DNA of 64,000 nt from the NCBI GenBank assembly GCA_037444825.1, contig JBBILR010000004.1, positions 55,536 to 119,535 on the forward strand. The letters are read 5' to 3'. The position numbers were made by a program, and so were the translations under genes. Source of the DNA: Acidobacteriota bacterium. Its GTDB lineage: Bacteria > Acidobacteriota > UBA4820 > DSQY01. Below are positions 1-8,247 of the stretch, one piece after another. Every line of letters starts with the position of its first letter. Position 1 is the stretch's first letter. The notes beneath the pieces were generated by a model that did no database searches, had not been told where the DNA came from, and worked only from the letters and a program-made list of their open reading frames with translations.

Positions 1-176
1 GGGCCAAGTCGGCGGTCACCAAGGATTTGCCCGACGGCGCCTTCGTCACCGGCCACCCGGCGGTGGACCACCGGCTCTGGCTGAAGGAGCGCGCCCTCGC
101 GGGGCGGATGGAGGAAATGTTCCGGCGCCTCAAGAATCTGGAACGGCGGCTCGAGGGAGCCGCCGGGGAGGAGTGA
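1..176 (+). CDS. lpxD: UDP-3-O-acylglucosamine N-acyltransferase LpxD, 3' end (partial)
   Basis: Frame 3 reads [29 protein letters not shown]...[17 protein letters not shown], typical of the LpxD C-terminus; lies directly upstream of fabZ-lpxA. Confidence 0.85.
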   Translation, partial: AKSAVTKDLPDGAFVTGHPAVDHRLWLKERALAGRMEEMFRRLKNLERRLEGAAGEE

Positions 177-178
177 GG

Positions 179-607
179 ATGGACGTCGTTGCGATCCAGC
201 AGATCCTGCCCCACCGGTACCCCTTTCTGTTGGTGGACCGGATCCTGGAGGTGGAACCCCAGCGGCGCATCGTGGGGATCAAGAACGTCACGGCGAACGA
301 GCCCTTTTTCCAGGGGCACTTCCCCGGAAAGCCGGTGATGCCCGGGGTCCTCATCGTGGAGGCCATGGCCCAGGTGGGCGGGGTTCTTCTCCTCTCCGAC
401 GTCCCCGACCGGGACAAGAAGCTGGTCCTCTTCGCCGGAATCGACGAGGCCCGCTTCCGCCGGCCGGTGGTCCCCGGCGACCAGGTGCGCTTCGAGGTGG
501 AGGTCCTCAGGCTCAAGGCCTCCACGTGCAAACTTCAAGGCAAGGCTTTCGTGGACGGGGCGCTGGCGGCCGAGGCGGTGATCCTCTCGGCCATGGTGGA
601 CCGGTAG
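179..607 (+). CDS. fabZ: 3-hydroxyacyl-ACP dehydratase FabZ
   Basis: [12 protein letters not shown] and [20 protein letters not shown] motifs. Confidence 0.97.
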   Translation: MDVVAIQQILPHRYPFLLVDRILEVEPQRRIVGIKNVTANEPFFQGHFPGKPVMPGVLIVEAMAQVGGVLLLSDVPDRDKKLVLFAGIDEARFRRPVVPGDQVRFEVEVLRLKASTCKLQGKAFVDGALAAEAVILSAMVDR

Positions 608-628
608 GCCCCGGGGGGAGCGGAAGAC

Positions 629-1414
629 ATGGCGATCACGATCCATCCGTCGGCGGTGGTGGAGGAGGGGGCCCGGCTGGGAGACGGCTGCGTCGTGGGT
701 CCCTTCGCGTACGTGGGCGCGGAGGTGACGCTGGGAGAGGGCACCCGGGTGGGGCCCCACTGCGTCCTCTCCGGGAAGGTGACCCTGGGGAAGGACAACG
801 TGCTCGTCTCCCACTGCGCCATCGGCGGCCCCCCCCAGGACGTCTCCTACCGCGGCGAGCCCAGCGAGGTGATCGTGGGGGACGGCAACGTCTTCCGGGA
901 GTTCGTCACCGTCAACCGGGCCACCACCAAGGAGCGCCGCGTCACCGAAATCGGGAGCCACGGCCTCTTCATGGCCTACACCCACATCGCCCACGACTGC
1001 GTGGTGGGGGACCACGTGATCTTCGCCAACAACGCCACCCTGGCGGGCCACGTGCACGTGGGGAAGCACGCCATGGTGGGGGCCCTCTCGGCCATCCACC
1101 AGTTCTGCGCCGTGGGGGACTACGCCTTCATCGGCGGCGGCTCCATCTGCACCCGGGACGTCCTCCCCTTCGTCAAGACCGTGGGGGCGCGGAGCGAGGG
1201 GAAGACGTACGGCATCAACACCATCGGCCTTCAGCGGAAGGGCTTCGCCCCAGAGACCATCGAGGCCTTGAAGTCGGCCTACCGGATTCTGTTCCATTCC
1301 AAGCTCCTCTTCACCGAGGCGGTGAAGGCCGCGGAGGAGAAGCTGGGCCATGTCCCGGAGGTGGCCTACCTCCTCCGCTTCATCCGGGAATCCAAGAGGG
1401 GGATCCAGCGCTGA
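629..1414 (+). CDS. lpxA: Acyl-ACP--UDP-GlcNAc O-acyltransferase LpxA
   Basis: Hexapeptide repeats; IGGPPQD, FREFVTVNRAT, HIAHDC, NNATLAGHV and AIHQF motifs. Confidence 0.96.
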   Translation: MAITIHPSAVVEEGARLGDGCVVGPFAYVGAEVTLGEGTRVGPHCVLSGKVTLGKDNVLVSHCAIGGPPQDVSYRGEPSEVIVGDGNVFREFVTVNRATTKERRVTEIGSHGLFMAYTHIAHDCVVGDHVIFANNATLAGHVHVGKHAMVGALSAIHQFCAVGDYAFIGGGSICTRDVLPFVKTVGARSEGKTYGINTIGLQRKGFAPETIEALKSAYRILFHSKLLFTEAVKAAEEKLGHVPEVAYLLRFIRESKRGIQR

Positions 1415-1439
1415 TCGCGCGGGGGAAGGGAGGGAGACC

Positions 1440-2381
1440 GTGGGGGCCACCCTGAAAGTCGCCGTGGTGGGAGTGGGCAGCCTGGGGCAGCACCACGCCC
1501 GGATCCTGTCGGATCTCCCGGGAGTGCGGCTGGAGGCGGTGGTGGACGCCGACGGGGCGCGGGCCCGGGAGATCGCCGAACGGTACGGCACACGGGCGCT
1601 CCTCCCCGGCGACCCGATGCCGCCGGTGGACGGGGTGGTCCTCGCCGCCCCCACCCGGCTCCACCGGGATCTGGCGGTCTCCTTCCTGGAGCGGGGCGTG
1701 GGGGTGCTCTGCGAAAAGCCCATGGCCACCACCGTGGAGGAGTGCGACGCCATCCTGGGGGCCCGCCATCGTTCGGGGGCGCCCCTGCTCGTGGGCCACA
1801 TCGAGCACTTCAACCCCGGCGTCCAGGCCCTCCGAACCCACGTGGCGGAGCCCGGCTTCCTGGAGGTCCATCGCCTGGGCGTTTTCGTCCCCCGCTCGCT
1901 GGACGTGGACGTGGTCCTGGACCTCATGATCCACGACATCGAAATCGCCCAGTCCCTGGTGAAGCGCCCCCTGGACCGGGTGGAGGCGGTGGGGGTCTCG
2001 GTCCTCACCCCCCACGTGGACCTGGCCAACGCCCGCTTGACCTTCGCCGGGGGGTGCGTCGCCAACCTCACCGCCAGCCGCGTCTCCCGGGAGAAGGTCC
2101 GGAAGCTCCGCGTCTTCCAGAAGGACGCCTACCTCAGCGTGGACTACGCCGAGCAGTCGGTGGAGTGCTACCGGGTGGAGGAGGGGGGGCAGGGGCGGAC
2201 CATCCGCAAGGTGGAGGTGCCCGTGGAGAAGCGGGAGCCCCTCCGGTGCGAGCTGGAGCACTTCGCCGCCGTCCTCCGGGGGGAGGCGCCGCCGGAGGTG
2301 GGCGGGGAGTCGGCCCGGGAGGCCGTCGCCGCCGCCCAGGCCATTTTGGCATGCATGGCAAGAACGGCACGGTCCGGGTGA
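1440..2381 (+). CDS. Gfo/Idh/MocA family oxidoreductase (GnnA-like)
   Basis: GVGSLG Rossmann motif, CEKP, VGHIEHFNP, DVVLDLMIHD; GTG start after a purine-rich RBS. Confidence 0.88.
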   Translation: MGATLKVAVVGVGSLGQHHARILSDLPGVRLEAVVDADGARAREIAERYGTRALLPGDPMPPVDGVVLAAPTRLHRDLAVSFLERGVGVLCEKPMATTVEECDAILGARHRSGAPLLVGHIEHFNPGVQALRTHVAEPGFLEVHRLGVFVPRSLDVDVVLDLMIHDIEIAQSLVKRPLDRVEAVGVSVLTPHVDLANARLTFAGGCVANLTASRVSREKVRKLRVFQKDAYLSVDYAEQSVECYRVEEGGQGRTIRKVEVPVEKREPLRCELEHFAAVLRGEAPPEVGGESAREAVAAAQAILACMARTARSG

Positions 2382-3427
2382 ACCGCCTCCTGGGGTCCCT
2401 GCCGGAACTGCGGCGGGCCGGTTGGGCCTGGTCGGTGACGGGAGGCCCCTCCGGCCCCCACCGGGGCTTCGGCGGGTGGGCCCTCTCCGAGCCCGAAGCC
2501 CTTCCGGTGGAGCCGGAGACCCTCTGGGACCTCGCCTCCCTCACCAAGCCGCTGGCCACGGCCCTCCTGGCCCTTCGGGCTTCCGACGCCGCAGGGTTGG
2601 ACCTCGAGGAGCCCATTCCGGGGCTCTCCCCCCCCGCCACCCTGCTGGCCCTCCTTCGCCACGAGGGAGGCTTCCCCCCGTGGCTCCCCCTGTACGCCTT
2701 CGCCCGGGACCGGGCCGGGACGCTCCGGTGGCTTCTGCGGGAGGCCCCCCGCCGGGCCGACGGGCTTCCGGAGTACTCCTGCCCGGGCTACATCCTGGCG
2801 GGCCTCCTGGTGGAGGAGCGGCTGGGGGCCCCCCTTCCGGAACTCTTCCGGCGCTTCGTCGCCGGTCCCCTGGGGCTCGGCGGGGAGGAAGCCCTCTTCG
2901 CCCCACCCCATTCCCTCCGGAAGCGGACGGCGGCCACGGAGCTCTTTGGGGAGAGGGAGGCGGAGATGGCCCGCCCCTATGGGGCGGCTCCTCCCCCCTT
3001 CCGGCGCGGCCTGGCCTGGGGGGAGGTCCACGACGGCAACGCCCGTTTCCTGGGGGGCGCCGCCGGCAACGCGGGCCTCTTCGCCACCCTCCGGGGGGTG
3101 GAGGTCCTCGCGTCGGCCTTTTTCCCTTCCAGGCGGTTCCTTTCCCCCCGAGCCCTGGCCTGGGCGTGGGAGAGTCCCCACCCCCGGGGGGGCGTCCGGA
3201 GGACCGCCGGCTGGAAGGGCGGAGGCTCGGAGGGATGGGCCGCCGGGGCCTTCCTTCCGGAGGGGGCCGTGGGCCACGAAGGCTTCACCGGGACGGCCGT
3301 GTACCTGGACCGCCGTGCGGAAAGGGCCTATATCTTGCTTACGAACCGGATCCACCCGGTGCACCCGGGCACCGATTTCGGCCCGGTTCGGGCGGCCTTC
3401 CTGGAGCGGGCGAGGACTCTTCCATGA
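2378..3427 (+). CDS. Serine hydrolase, beta-lactamase class C/PBP family
   Basis: DLASLTK (SxxK), YSC, GEVHDGNA, GNAGLF, GHEGFTGT, LTNRIHP; GTGA overlap with the upstream stop. Confidence 0.85.
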   Translation: MNRLLGSLPELRRAGWAWSVTGGPSGPHRGFGGWALSEPEALPVEPETLWDLASLTKPLATALLALRASDAAGLDLEEPIPGLSPPATLLALLRHEGGFPPWLPLYAFARDRAGTLRWLLREAPRRADGLPEYSCPGYILAGLLVEERLGAPLPELFRRFVAGPLGLGGEEALFAPPHSLRKRTAATELFGEREAEMARPYGAAPPPFRRGLAWGEVHDGNARFLGGAAGNAGLFATLRGVEVLASAFFPSRRFLSPRALAWAWESPHPRGGVRRTAGWKGGGSEGWAAGAFLPEGAVGHEGFTGTAVYLDRRAERAYILLTNRIHPVHPGTDFGPVRAAFLERARTLP

Positions 3428-4503
3428 GGGGACTTCAACGGAAGGGCTACGGAACGAGCGACCGGGCCACCCAGGGATGGGCCTTCGCGGCGGCCCTTCT
3501 CCTCCACGGCCTGGTTCTTCTGGTGGCGGGTCACCAGTACGTGGTCTCCGCCTCCGACCCCACCCGCATGAACCAGGCGGCCCGCCAGCTTCCCAAGGTC
3601 GTCAACGGCAAGCCCGTCCGCTACGTCTACGTCCGGGACATGGTGCCCTCCCCCGAGCCGCCCCAGGACCCCACGCGCCTGTCGGACATGAACCGGCGGG
3701 GGGCCAGCCCCGACCCCCGGAAGGGGGATTCCCCGGACCCCACCTCCTTCGGGCGGAGCCCCGTCCGCCAGACGGGGGGGCCGGGGGAGGCGCCGGTGAC
3801 CCGCCCCTCGGTGCCCCCTTCGCCGGGCTCCCTTCCCGCTGTCGTGCCGGTCCCCCCACCGGGAGGCGTCGTCGCCCGGCGCGAGGAGAGGGGCCGGCAA
3901 GGCCGGGAGAAGGGACCCGAGCGGAACACCGCCGCGAGGCCCCAGGCCGGAAAGGCCCAGGAAACCCAGATGGGGAAACCGGCCACGGCCCCCGAGGGCC
4001 TTCCCCTCTCCGGGCCGCCGGAGGGGGGGAGCCGGGGGGTGCCGGAGGTGGGGGGGAGTCCCCCCGCGCCCGGCGCCTCGCCCCGGGGTCCGGGAATCGC
4101 CTCCCAGCTCCAGAAGATGATGGTGGGCTCCCTCCAAGGGGGCTACGCCAACCCCAACGCCAGCCGCCTCAACTCCGGCGCCCTCTCCTTCGACACCGCC
4201 GCCTGGGACCTGGGGCCCTACGCGAGGCAGGTCCAGGAGAAGGTGGAGAGCAACTGGCGCATCCCCGGCGCCCAGGAGGTCCTCCGCCAGAAGGGCTGGG
4301 TGGCCATCCGCTTCACCATCCAGAAGAACGGCGCCATCACCGACCTGGCGCTGGAGCGCCCCTCGGGGATCCCCTCCTACGACCAGGCGGCCCTCAACGC
4401 CCTGATCTCCTCCAACCCCCTCCCCCCCCTCCCACCGGAGGTGACCGCCCCCTCCCTGGGGGCCCTCTTCCGCTTCTTCTACAACCTGCCCCCCGGGGAT
4501 TGA
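3424..4503 (+). CDS. TonB/TolA family protein (N-terminal TM helix, Pro-rich linker, TonB C-terminal domain)
   Basis: AALLLHGLVLL TM helix with His; C-terminal Y..QVQEKVESNW..., IRFTIQKNG, SGIPSYDQAALNAL, PLPPLP. Confidence 0.85.
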   Translation: MRGLQRKGYGTSDRATQGWAFAAALLLHGLVLLVAGHQYVVSASDPTRMNQAARQLPKVVNGKPVRYVYVRDMVPSPEPPQDPTRLSDMNRRGASPDPRKGDSPDPTSFGRSPVRQTGGPGEAPVTRPSVPPSPGSLPAVVPVPPPGGVVARREERGRQGREKGPERNTAARPQAGKAQETQMGKPATAPEGLPLSGPPEGGSRGVPEVGGSPPAPGASPRGPGIASQLQKMMVGSLQGGYANPNASRLNSGALSFDTAAWDLGPYARQVQEKVESNWRIPGAQEVLRQKGWVAIRFTIQKNGAITDLALERPSGIPSYDQAALNALISSNPLPPLPPEVTAPSLGALFRFFYNLPPGD

Positions 4504-4535
4504 CCGGGAGACGCCGGCGTCCCCCTCCCCGTTCC

Positions 4536-4551
4536 TGGCAAGATTCTTGCA
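4536..4551 (+). promoter_or_regulatory. Sigma54 -24/-12 promoter of sRNA candidate 1
   Basis: TGGCAAGATTCTTGCA has GG-N10-GC spacing and one mismatch to TGGCAC-N5-TTGCW. Confidence 0.8.
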
Positions 4552-4561
4552 AGTGGATCGG

Positions 4562-4617
4562 TGTCCTCATACCCCCCTCCATTCCTCTCGTGGCCCCGCA
4601 AGGGGCTCTTCTTTTTT
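4562..4617 (+). ncRNA. Candidate sigma54-dependent small RNA 1 (C-rich core plus terminator)
   Basis: Predicted +1 near 4562; single-stranded ACCCCCCTCCATTCC; hairpin GCCCC-GCAA-GGGGC at 4593-4606; T6 at 4612-4617. Confidence 0.65.
4592..4617 (+). terminator. Intrinsic terminator of sRNA candidate 1
   Basis: GNRA-capped GC stem followed by CTTCTTTTTT. Confidence 0.75.
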
Positions 4618-4827
4618 GAGGGGAGCCCGGGTTGTGTCCCATGGGTCTCACTGTGGCGGTCCGGGGTTACAGAGGGTGGGGAGCCCTCCGGTGCCGGACC
4701 CGGCCGAGGGACCCGGTCTCCGGCCTTTGGTTCCGTCCCCTCGCCTCCCGGACCGTGCCGGAAGGGGGGGCGTCGGCGAATCCTGCCATATCGGCGCGGT
4801 GAACCCCCGAAAAAGGGCCTCCGTGGC

Positions 4828-4843
4828 TGGCACGAGCCTTGCT
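4828..4843 (+). promoter_or_regulatory. Sigma54 -24/-12 promoter of sRNA candidate 2
   Basis: TGGCACGAGCCTTGCT is a perfect TGGCAC-N5-TTGCW match. Confidence 0.88.
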
Positions 4844-4853
4844 TGAATCTCGG

Positions 4854-4913
4854 CATTGCCTAACCCCCTCCCTTCCCTCCGCGGGGGCCCTTCGGGGCCC
4901 CCGCCCTTTCTTT
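4854..4913 (+). ncRNA. Candidate sigma54-dependent small RNA 2 (C-rich core plus terminator)
   Basis: Predicted +1 near 4854; ACCCCCTCCCTTCCCTCC; perfect 10-bp hairpin at 4881-4904 with a TTCG loop, followed by CCTTTCTTT. Confidence 0.68.
4881..4913 (+). terminator. Intrinsic terminator of sRNA candidate 2
   Basis: GCGGGGGCCC-TTCG-GGGCCCCCGC followed by a T-rich tail. Confidence 0.75.
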
Positions 4914-4983
4914 CCCTCCAAGGCGCAGGGGTGTACACTGTGCCGCCTCGCCGGCATGGCCCCGGCCCTTGGAAAGGCGGACC

Positions 4984-6213
4984 GTGAAGCCCAAGAACCC
5001 CCTCGTCCTGGTCTTCCTCATCACCTTCATCGACCTCATGGGCTTCGGCATCGTCATCCCGCTCCTGCCCCTCTACGGAAAGACCTACAACCCTTCCCCC
5101 TGGGCCTTTGGCCTCCTCATGGCCTCCTACTCGCTGATGCAGTTCCTTTTCGCGCCGGTCATGGGACGGATCTCCGACCACTTCGGCCGAAGGCCGGTTC
5201 TCCTGCTCTCCCTGGCGGGAACGGTGGCGGGGTACCTCCTCTTTGCCCTCCAGGACTCCCTCGCCGGGCTTTTCCTGTCGCGGACCGTGGGGGGCGTCAT
5301 GGGGGCCAACGTCTCCACCGCCCAGGCGGTCATCGCCGACGTCACCGGCCCCGAGGAACGGGCCCGGGGGATGGGGCTCGTGGGGGCCGCCTTCGGACTC
5401 GGCTTCATCCTGGGGCCGGCCATCGGAGGAGCCTCCTACCGGCTGGGGCCGAGGTTTCCCGGCCTCTTCGCCGCCGGGCTGTCGGGGGCGGCTCTCCTCT
5501 TGGCCCTGCTCACCCTCCCGGAGACCTGGACCCCCGAGCGGCGGGCGCAGGCCCCCGCCTCCCGGAGGGGGTGGTTTTCGCTGTCCGCCCTGAGGCGGGC
5601 CCTCGCCCACCGGGAGGTCGGCGCCATCCTTCTCCTCTTCTTCCTCGCCACCTTCGCCTTCTCCAATTTCGAAGCCACCTTCGCCCTCCTCCTGCAGGGG
5701 CGCTTCGGCCTTTCCATGGCCGGCGTGGCCTACCTCTTCGTTTTCTTGGGGATCCTCGCCGCCGTCGTCCAGGGGGGGCTGGTGGGGCGGCTGGCGCGCC
5801 GGTACGGGGAACGGAAGTTGGTGGTCGCCGGGGCCCTCCTCCTGCTCCCGGCCTACGCCGCCCTCACCCGCGTGGCCACGTTGCCCCGCCTGGCGGCTCT
5901 TCTGGCCTTCCTGGCCCTGGGGGCGGGGCTCACGGGCCCCTCCCTCTCCTCCCTCGTCTCCCGCCTCTCCGCGGAGGACGAGCAGGGGGGCGTCCTGGGG
6001 CTCTACCAGTCCATGGCGTCCCTGGCGCGGATTATCGGGCCCTTTTGGGGGGTCTTCGCCTTCGAGCGCTTCGGGCAGGAGGCGCCGTACTGGACCGCCG
6101 CCGCGACGGGGGCGGGGGTGGCGGCCCGGGCGCGTCGGCTGGCCGGGGGGGGGACCGCGGCGGCCGCCGGGGCGGACCCGGCGGGCGAGGCGGGGGTCAG
6201 CCGTCCTGGTTGA
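4984..6213 (+). CDS. MFS transporter, TetA/DHA1 drug:H+ antiporter family
   Basis: About 12 TM segments; motif A GRISDHFGRRP; motif C GFILGPAIGG. Confidence 0.9.
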   Translation: MKPKNPLVLVFLITFIDLMGFGIVIPLLPLYGKTYNPSPWAFGLLMASYSLMQFLFAPVMGRISDHFGRRPVLLLSLAGTVAGYLLFALQDSLAGLFLSRTVGGVMGANVSTAQAVIADVTGPEERARGMGLVGAAFGLGFILGPAIGGASYRLGPRFPGLFAAGLSGAALLLALLTLPETWTPERRAQAPASRRGWFSLSALRRALAHREVGAILLLFFLATFAFSNFEATFALLLQGRFGLSMAGVAYLFVFLGILAAVVQGGLVGRLARRYGERKLVVAGALLLLPAYAALTRVATLPRLAALLAFLALGAGLTGPSLSSLVSRLSAEDEQGGVLGLYQSMASLARIIGPFWGVFAFERFGQEAPYWTAAATGAGVAARARRLAGGGTAAAAGADPAGEAGVSRPG

Positions 6214-6706
6214 ACTCCTGGAAGTCGAAGAAGTAGCCGGTTCGGGTGACGGCGTCGGTCTCCGCCTGCACCAGGGCCGTGTGGCCGTCCTCGATGTCCA
6301 GGAAGCGCTGGAACATCTCCCGGGCCTCCCGCTCTTCCAGGGAGGCCACCAGGCTCCGGTAGAAGGCGGTCACCTCGTCTTCCAGCCGGAGGGCGGCGTG
6401 GAGGCGCCGCACGTCGTCCTCCGGGGCCCCCTTGGCCGAGCCTCCCCGAAGGAGGGCCATCCCCTTGGCCAGGAAGTCCTTGGAGGGGAGGACCGTTTCC
6501 AGGGGCTTCCCCGAGAGGGCCCCGGCGGTTTTCCACTCGGCCAGCCGGGACTTGAGGTAGTCCACGTGGCCCTGTTCCTCCCGGGCCAGCAGGGCGAAAA
6601 ACTCCTTCCCCTTGGCGTCGGCGCACTCCCGGGAGGCCAGGGCGTAGTGGTCCCGCACCTTTTGCTCGTACTCCAGCGCCGTGACGATGGCTTCCTCGAC
6701 GGTCAT
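6197..6706 (-). CDS. Ferritin-like / rubrerythrin-family diiron protein
   Basis: ALEYE...EEQGH and ALRLE...IEDGH (two ExxH motifs); C-terminal GYFFDFQEF. Confidence 0.82.
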   Translation of the reverse strand: MTVEEAIVTALEYEQKVRDHYALASRECADAKGKEFFALLAREEQGHVDYLKSRLAEWKTAGALSGKPLETVLPSKDFLAKGMALLRGGSAKGAPEDDVRRLHAALRLEDEVTAFYRSLVASLEEREAREMFQRFLDIEDGHTALVQAETDAVTRTGYFFDFQEFNQDG

Positions 6707-6775
6707 GGTCACCCCCCATCGGTGTCCGGCCGCCCCCCTCTGGAGGCGGCCTCCGCCTGTGCCGGCGAAGGCCCT

Positions 6776-6804
6776 ACCCTAGCCCACCGGGGGCCTCCTG
6801 TCAA
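6776..6804 (-). promoter_or_regulatory. Sigma70 promoter of the ferritin-like gene
   Basis: Minus strand TTGACA-N17-TAGGGT. Confidence 0.55.
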
Positions 6805-6830
6805 CGGCCGGGGCGCGGAAATCCTTCACC

Positions 6831-6859
6831 TTGACAGGCCGGGCCGGAGGTTGTATCAT
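6831..6859 (+). promoter_or_regulatory. Sigma70 promoter of rpsT
   Basis: TTGACA-N17-TATCAT. Confidence 0.8.
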
Positions 6860-6885
6860 CACCCTCTGTTTCGTTGGAGGAACGC

Positions 6886-7155
6886 GTGGCGAACCATGCA
6901 TCGGCGATCAAGCGAGCGAAGCAGAACGAAAAGCGGCGGCTCCGGAACCGCGTGGCCATGAGCGAGATGCGGACGGCCATCAAGAAGTTCCGGGCGCTGG
7001 TGGCGGAGAAGCGCCGGGACGACGCCCTCCACAGCCTTCCCCGGGTCTACGCCCTCATCGACCGCACCCGGAAGAAGGGGGTCATCCACGCCGGCACCGC
7101 CGCCCGGTACAAGTCCCGCCTCGCCCGCGTGCTGAACACCCTCGGCGGAAACTGA
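6886..7155 (+). CDS. rpsT: 30S ribosomal protein S20
   Basis: ANHASAIKRAKQNEKRRLRN and KKGVIH..AARYKSRL; GGAGG RBS before GTG. Confidence 0.97.
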   Translation: MANHASAIKRAKQNEKRRLRNRVAMSEMRTAIKKFRALVAEKRRDDALHSLPRVYALIDRTRKKGVIHAGTAARYKSRLARVLNTLGGN

Positions 7156-7177
7156 GCCGATTCCTCTCGTTCGTCCC

Positions 7178-7215
7178 CGCCGGGGAGGGCCTGAAGGCCC
7201 TCCCCGGCGTCTTGT
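7178..7215 (+). terminator. Hairpin or terminator after rpsT
   Basis: 14-bp stem CGCCGGGGAGGGCC-TGAA-GGCCCTCCCCGGCG with a weak T tail. Confidence 0.6.
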
Positions 7216-7276
7216 ATCCCCCCCGGGGGGAGCCCGGCCCGGAGCGGGGCGTTATATTTGCGAAAGGAGGCACCCC

Positions 7277-8242
7277 ATGGCCGAGTCGGCCCCACGGGAA
7301 ATCCAGCGGGAGATCCGGGAATGGGCCCGCCGTCGGAACGCGGTGATCCTGGCCCACAACTACCAGGTGGGCCCGGTGCAGGACGTGGCGGATTTCGTGG
7401 GGGATTCCCTGGGGCTCTCCCAGCAGGCCGCCGCCTCCTCGGCCGACGTCATCGTCTTCTGCGGGGTCCACTTCATGGCGGAGACGGCCAGCATCCTCTG
7501 CCCGAAGAAGACCGTCCTCCTCCCGGACCTGGAGGCCGGCTGTTCCCTCTCCGACACCCTCACCGCCGAACAGCTCCGCGTCTGGAAGGCGCGGTACCCC
7601 GACGCCGTGGTGGTGACCTACGTGAACACCTCCGCCGCCGTGAAGGCCCTCTCGGACTACTGCTGCACCTCCTCCAACGCCGTGGAGGTGGTGCGGAGCA
7701 TCCCCGCGGAGAAGGAGATCCTCTTCGGGCCCGACATGTTCCTGGGGGCCTACGTCTCCCGCGTCACCGGCCGGAAGAACCTCCGCCTCTGGGCCGGGGA
7801 GTGCCACGTCCACGCCGCCGTGCGCCCCGAGGACGTGGAAAAGGCCCGGGCGGCCCACCCGGGGGCGGATTTCCTCATCCACCCGGAGTGCGGGTGCGTC
7901 ACCTCCTGCATGGTCTACCTGAAGGACCGCGACGTCGAAGGGCGCGACGCCTACATCTTCTCCACCGAGGGGATGGTGGGCCACGTGAAGCGCTCGCCCA
8001 AGGGGGAGTTCGTGGTGGCCACGGAGACGGGGATCCTCCACCGGATGCGGAAGGAGGCCCCCGGCAAGACCTTTCACCCCGTCAGCGAGGCCATGGAGTG
8101 CAAATACATGAAGACCGTCACCCTGGAGAAGGTCTTGAGGTCCCTCCGGGACCTCGTCCACGAAGTGAAGGTGGACCCGGAGACGGCGGAACGGGCCCGC
8201 CTGCCCATCGAGCGGATGCTCGCCATCGGCCGCAAGGACTGA
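7277..8242 (+). CDS. nadA: Quinolinate synthase NadA
   Basis: LAHNYQ, FCGVHFMAET, AGCSL, YVNTSA, CTSSNA, HPEC and STEGM motifs. Confidence 0.97.
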   Translation: MAESAPREIQREIREWARRRNAVILAHNYQVGPVQDVADFVGDSLGLSQQAAASSADVIVFCGVHFMAETASILCPKKTVLLPDLEAGCSLSDTLTAEQLRVWKARYPDAVVVTYVNTSAAVKALSDYCCTSSNAVEVVRSIPAEKEILFGPDMFLGAYVSRVTGRKNLRLWAGECHVHAAVRPEDVEKARAAHPGADFLIHPECGCVTSCMVYLKDRDVEGRDAYIFSTEGMVGHVKRSPKGEFVVATETGILHRMRKEAPGKTFHPVSEAMECKYMKTVTLEKVLRSLRDLVHEVKVDPETAERARLPIERMLAIGRKD

Positions 8243-8247
8243 TTCCC

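Noticed and set aside
4547-4863. ORFs 4547..4846 and 4561..4863 crossing the sRNA region
   Set aside because: No RBS, low-complexity translations, and they run through a terminator and a sigma54 promoter. The GTG at 4561 is near the predicted +1, so leaderless translation is not strictly excluded.
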